A stretch of DNA of 64,000 nucleotides from Tubiluchus corallicola (Eukaryota > Animalia > Priapulida). The notes beneath the pieces are model-generated. The model ran no database searches. It was given only the letters and a program-made list of their open reading frames with translations, and was not told where the DNA came from. Shown in pieces: positions 62,976 through 64,000 of the stretch; positions within the stretch are counted from its first letter, which is position 1, and each line of letters starts with the position of its first letter. Made by a program: the position numbers and the translations under genes. The stretch is taken from contig JAQGDQ010000448.1 in the NCBI GenBank assembly GCA_030141605.1, positions 62,001 through 126,000 on the forward strand, in the 5' to 3' direction.

Positions 62976-63131
62976 GTACTTTTGTCTGTTTAGTTTTCGT
63001 ATTAATTTATAGTTGCTACATGTTTTGGGACAGCTTATAGACAAAGTAAAATTTAGTAATTGAAAGTCATTTTGAAGGTGAAGTTTACTGTTATATGAAG
63101 AGACCAAAGGTGATTAACTTCGTATATTTAG

Positions 63132-63236
63132 GAAGTTGATGCGGCATTGCTTGGTGTTGTTAGCTTTCCTGCTTTTGCTGTCGAAGATACAGATTTAATT
63201 GTGCACACAAAAGAAGAAATTATCAAAAAGTTACAG
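63132..63236 (+). CDS. PHKA: PHKA exon 6
   Basis: [19 protein letters not shown]...IIKKLQ; phase 0-0. Confidence 0.94.
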
Positions 63237-63537
63237 GTATTTATTGGACTTTTTATCTATATTTTTTTCTAACTTAAAAGGTATTTGAATAATTATATAG
63301 AAAATGCTAACAAATAAAAGCAAATTGGCCTAATTTAACCTTTCGCTTGAAATCAGTCTGACACTGTATTGCATAGTCTGGACTATGGATAACAAAAAAT
63401 ACGCAAGTGATTATGTTTCGCAGTATACTTTATTTAACTAAATGTAGTTGCGTTTGCTAACAAACAAATGTATTTTAATATATGAAAGAAATGATGACCT
63501 AATATGATATATGGTAAATAATGACCTAAAATTTTAG

Positions 63538-63591
63538 GGCCGATACGGATGCAGGCGATTTCTTAGAGATGGGTATAAGACAGCTAGAGAG
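63538..63591 (+). CDS. PHKA: PHKA exon 7 (gene continues beyond the window)
   Basis: GRYGCRRFLRDGYKTARE; 54 nt; GAG|GTACTG donor. Confidence 0.93.
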
Positions 63592-64000
63592 GTACTGTAA
63601 AGCATTCTTTGTAATTTTTTGAAATTTTTCGCTTTTTTACTTTTGTTATTATTTTGTGATAAGATAGATGAATGCATCATTAGTTTTTCAAAAATGCTTA
63701 GATGATAGTAAATTATGTTTTCTTGAATATATTTCGGTATCACGTTATTTTTGTATTGTGTAATGGCTATGATAATTTGTATATGTTTGCTACATAATTT
63801 GAAAAATAATTTTGGAAATTTTTTCTCCATTAGTTTGCTGAATGTGAAAAAAGCTTTTATAGGATGTGCTGTGAAGTTTAGTGTTTTCTATTTATCCTAT
63901 CATCCTTTATTTATTTTGCCATACCATGCCTGGCACAATTATCTTTTCATATCGGTTGTCAAAAAATTTTGTTTTAAATTTTGTGTTAACCAGTAACTAG

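Overview
AT-rich, intron-containing animal (invertebrate-like) genomic DNA; not prokaryotic, so there are no operons, CRISPR arrays or rRNA/tRNA genes. Five protein-coding genes can be rebuilt exon by exon with consistent GT-AG phases: ONECUT/HNF6 (+, 2 coding exons, 19.9-kb intron, ~518 aa), TMEM30A/CDC50A (+, 8 coding exons, ~360 aa), TADA3 (-, 9 core coding exons, ~471-479 aa), MAP1LC3/Atg8-family (-, 4 exons, 121 aa) and the 5' part of the phosphorylase kinase alpha subunit PHKA (+, 7 exons, runs off the window). Interspersed elements include two hAT-type MITEs with 8-bp TSDs, a ~1.45-kb foldback-like element, a 2.1-kb TSD-flanked internally deleted LINE with an uninterrupted RT fragment whose 3' tail recurs 20 kb away, decayed CR1-like and RTE-like relics, a tRNA-derived SINE head and microsatellites. 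I found no wholly new system. The best leads are: hidden alternative splicing in TADA3 (an 8-nt microexon exactly compensated by a tandem acceptor, a hairpin-enclosed stop-containing cassette exon, a 27-nt microexon), a 279-bp head-to-head LC3/PHKA promoter with a CLEAR-like E-box, RFX X-boxes across the onecut locus, and a miRNA-seed cluster just beyond a proximal poly(A) signal in the onecut 3' UTR. All exon boundaries were read by eye and need RNA-seq confirmation.
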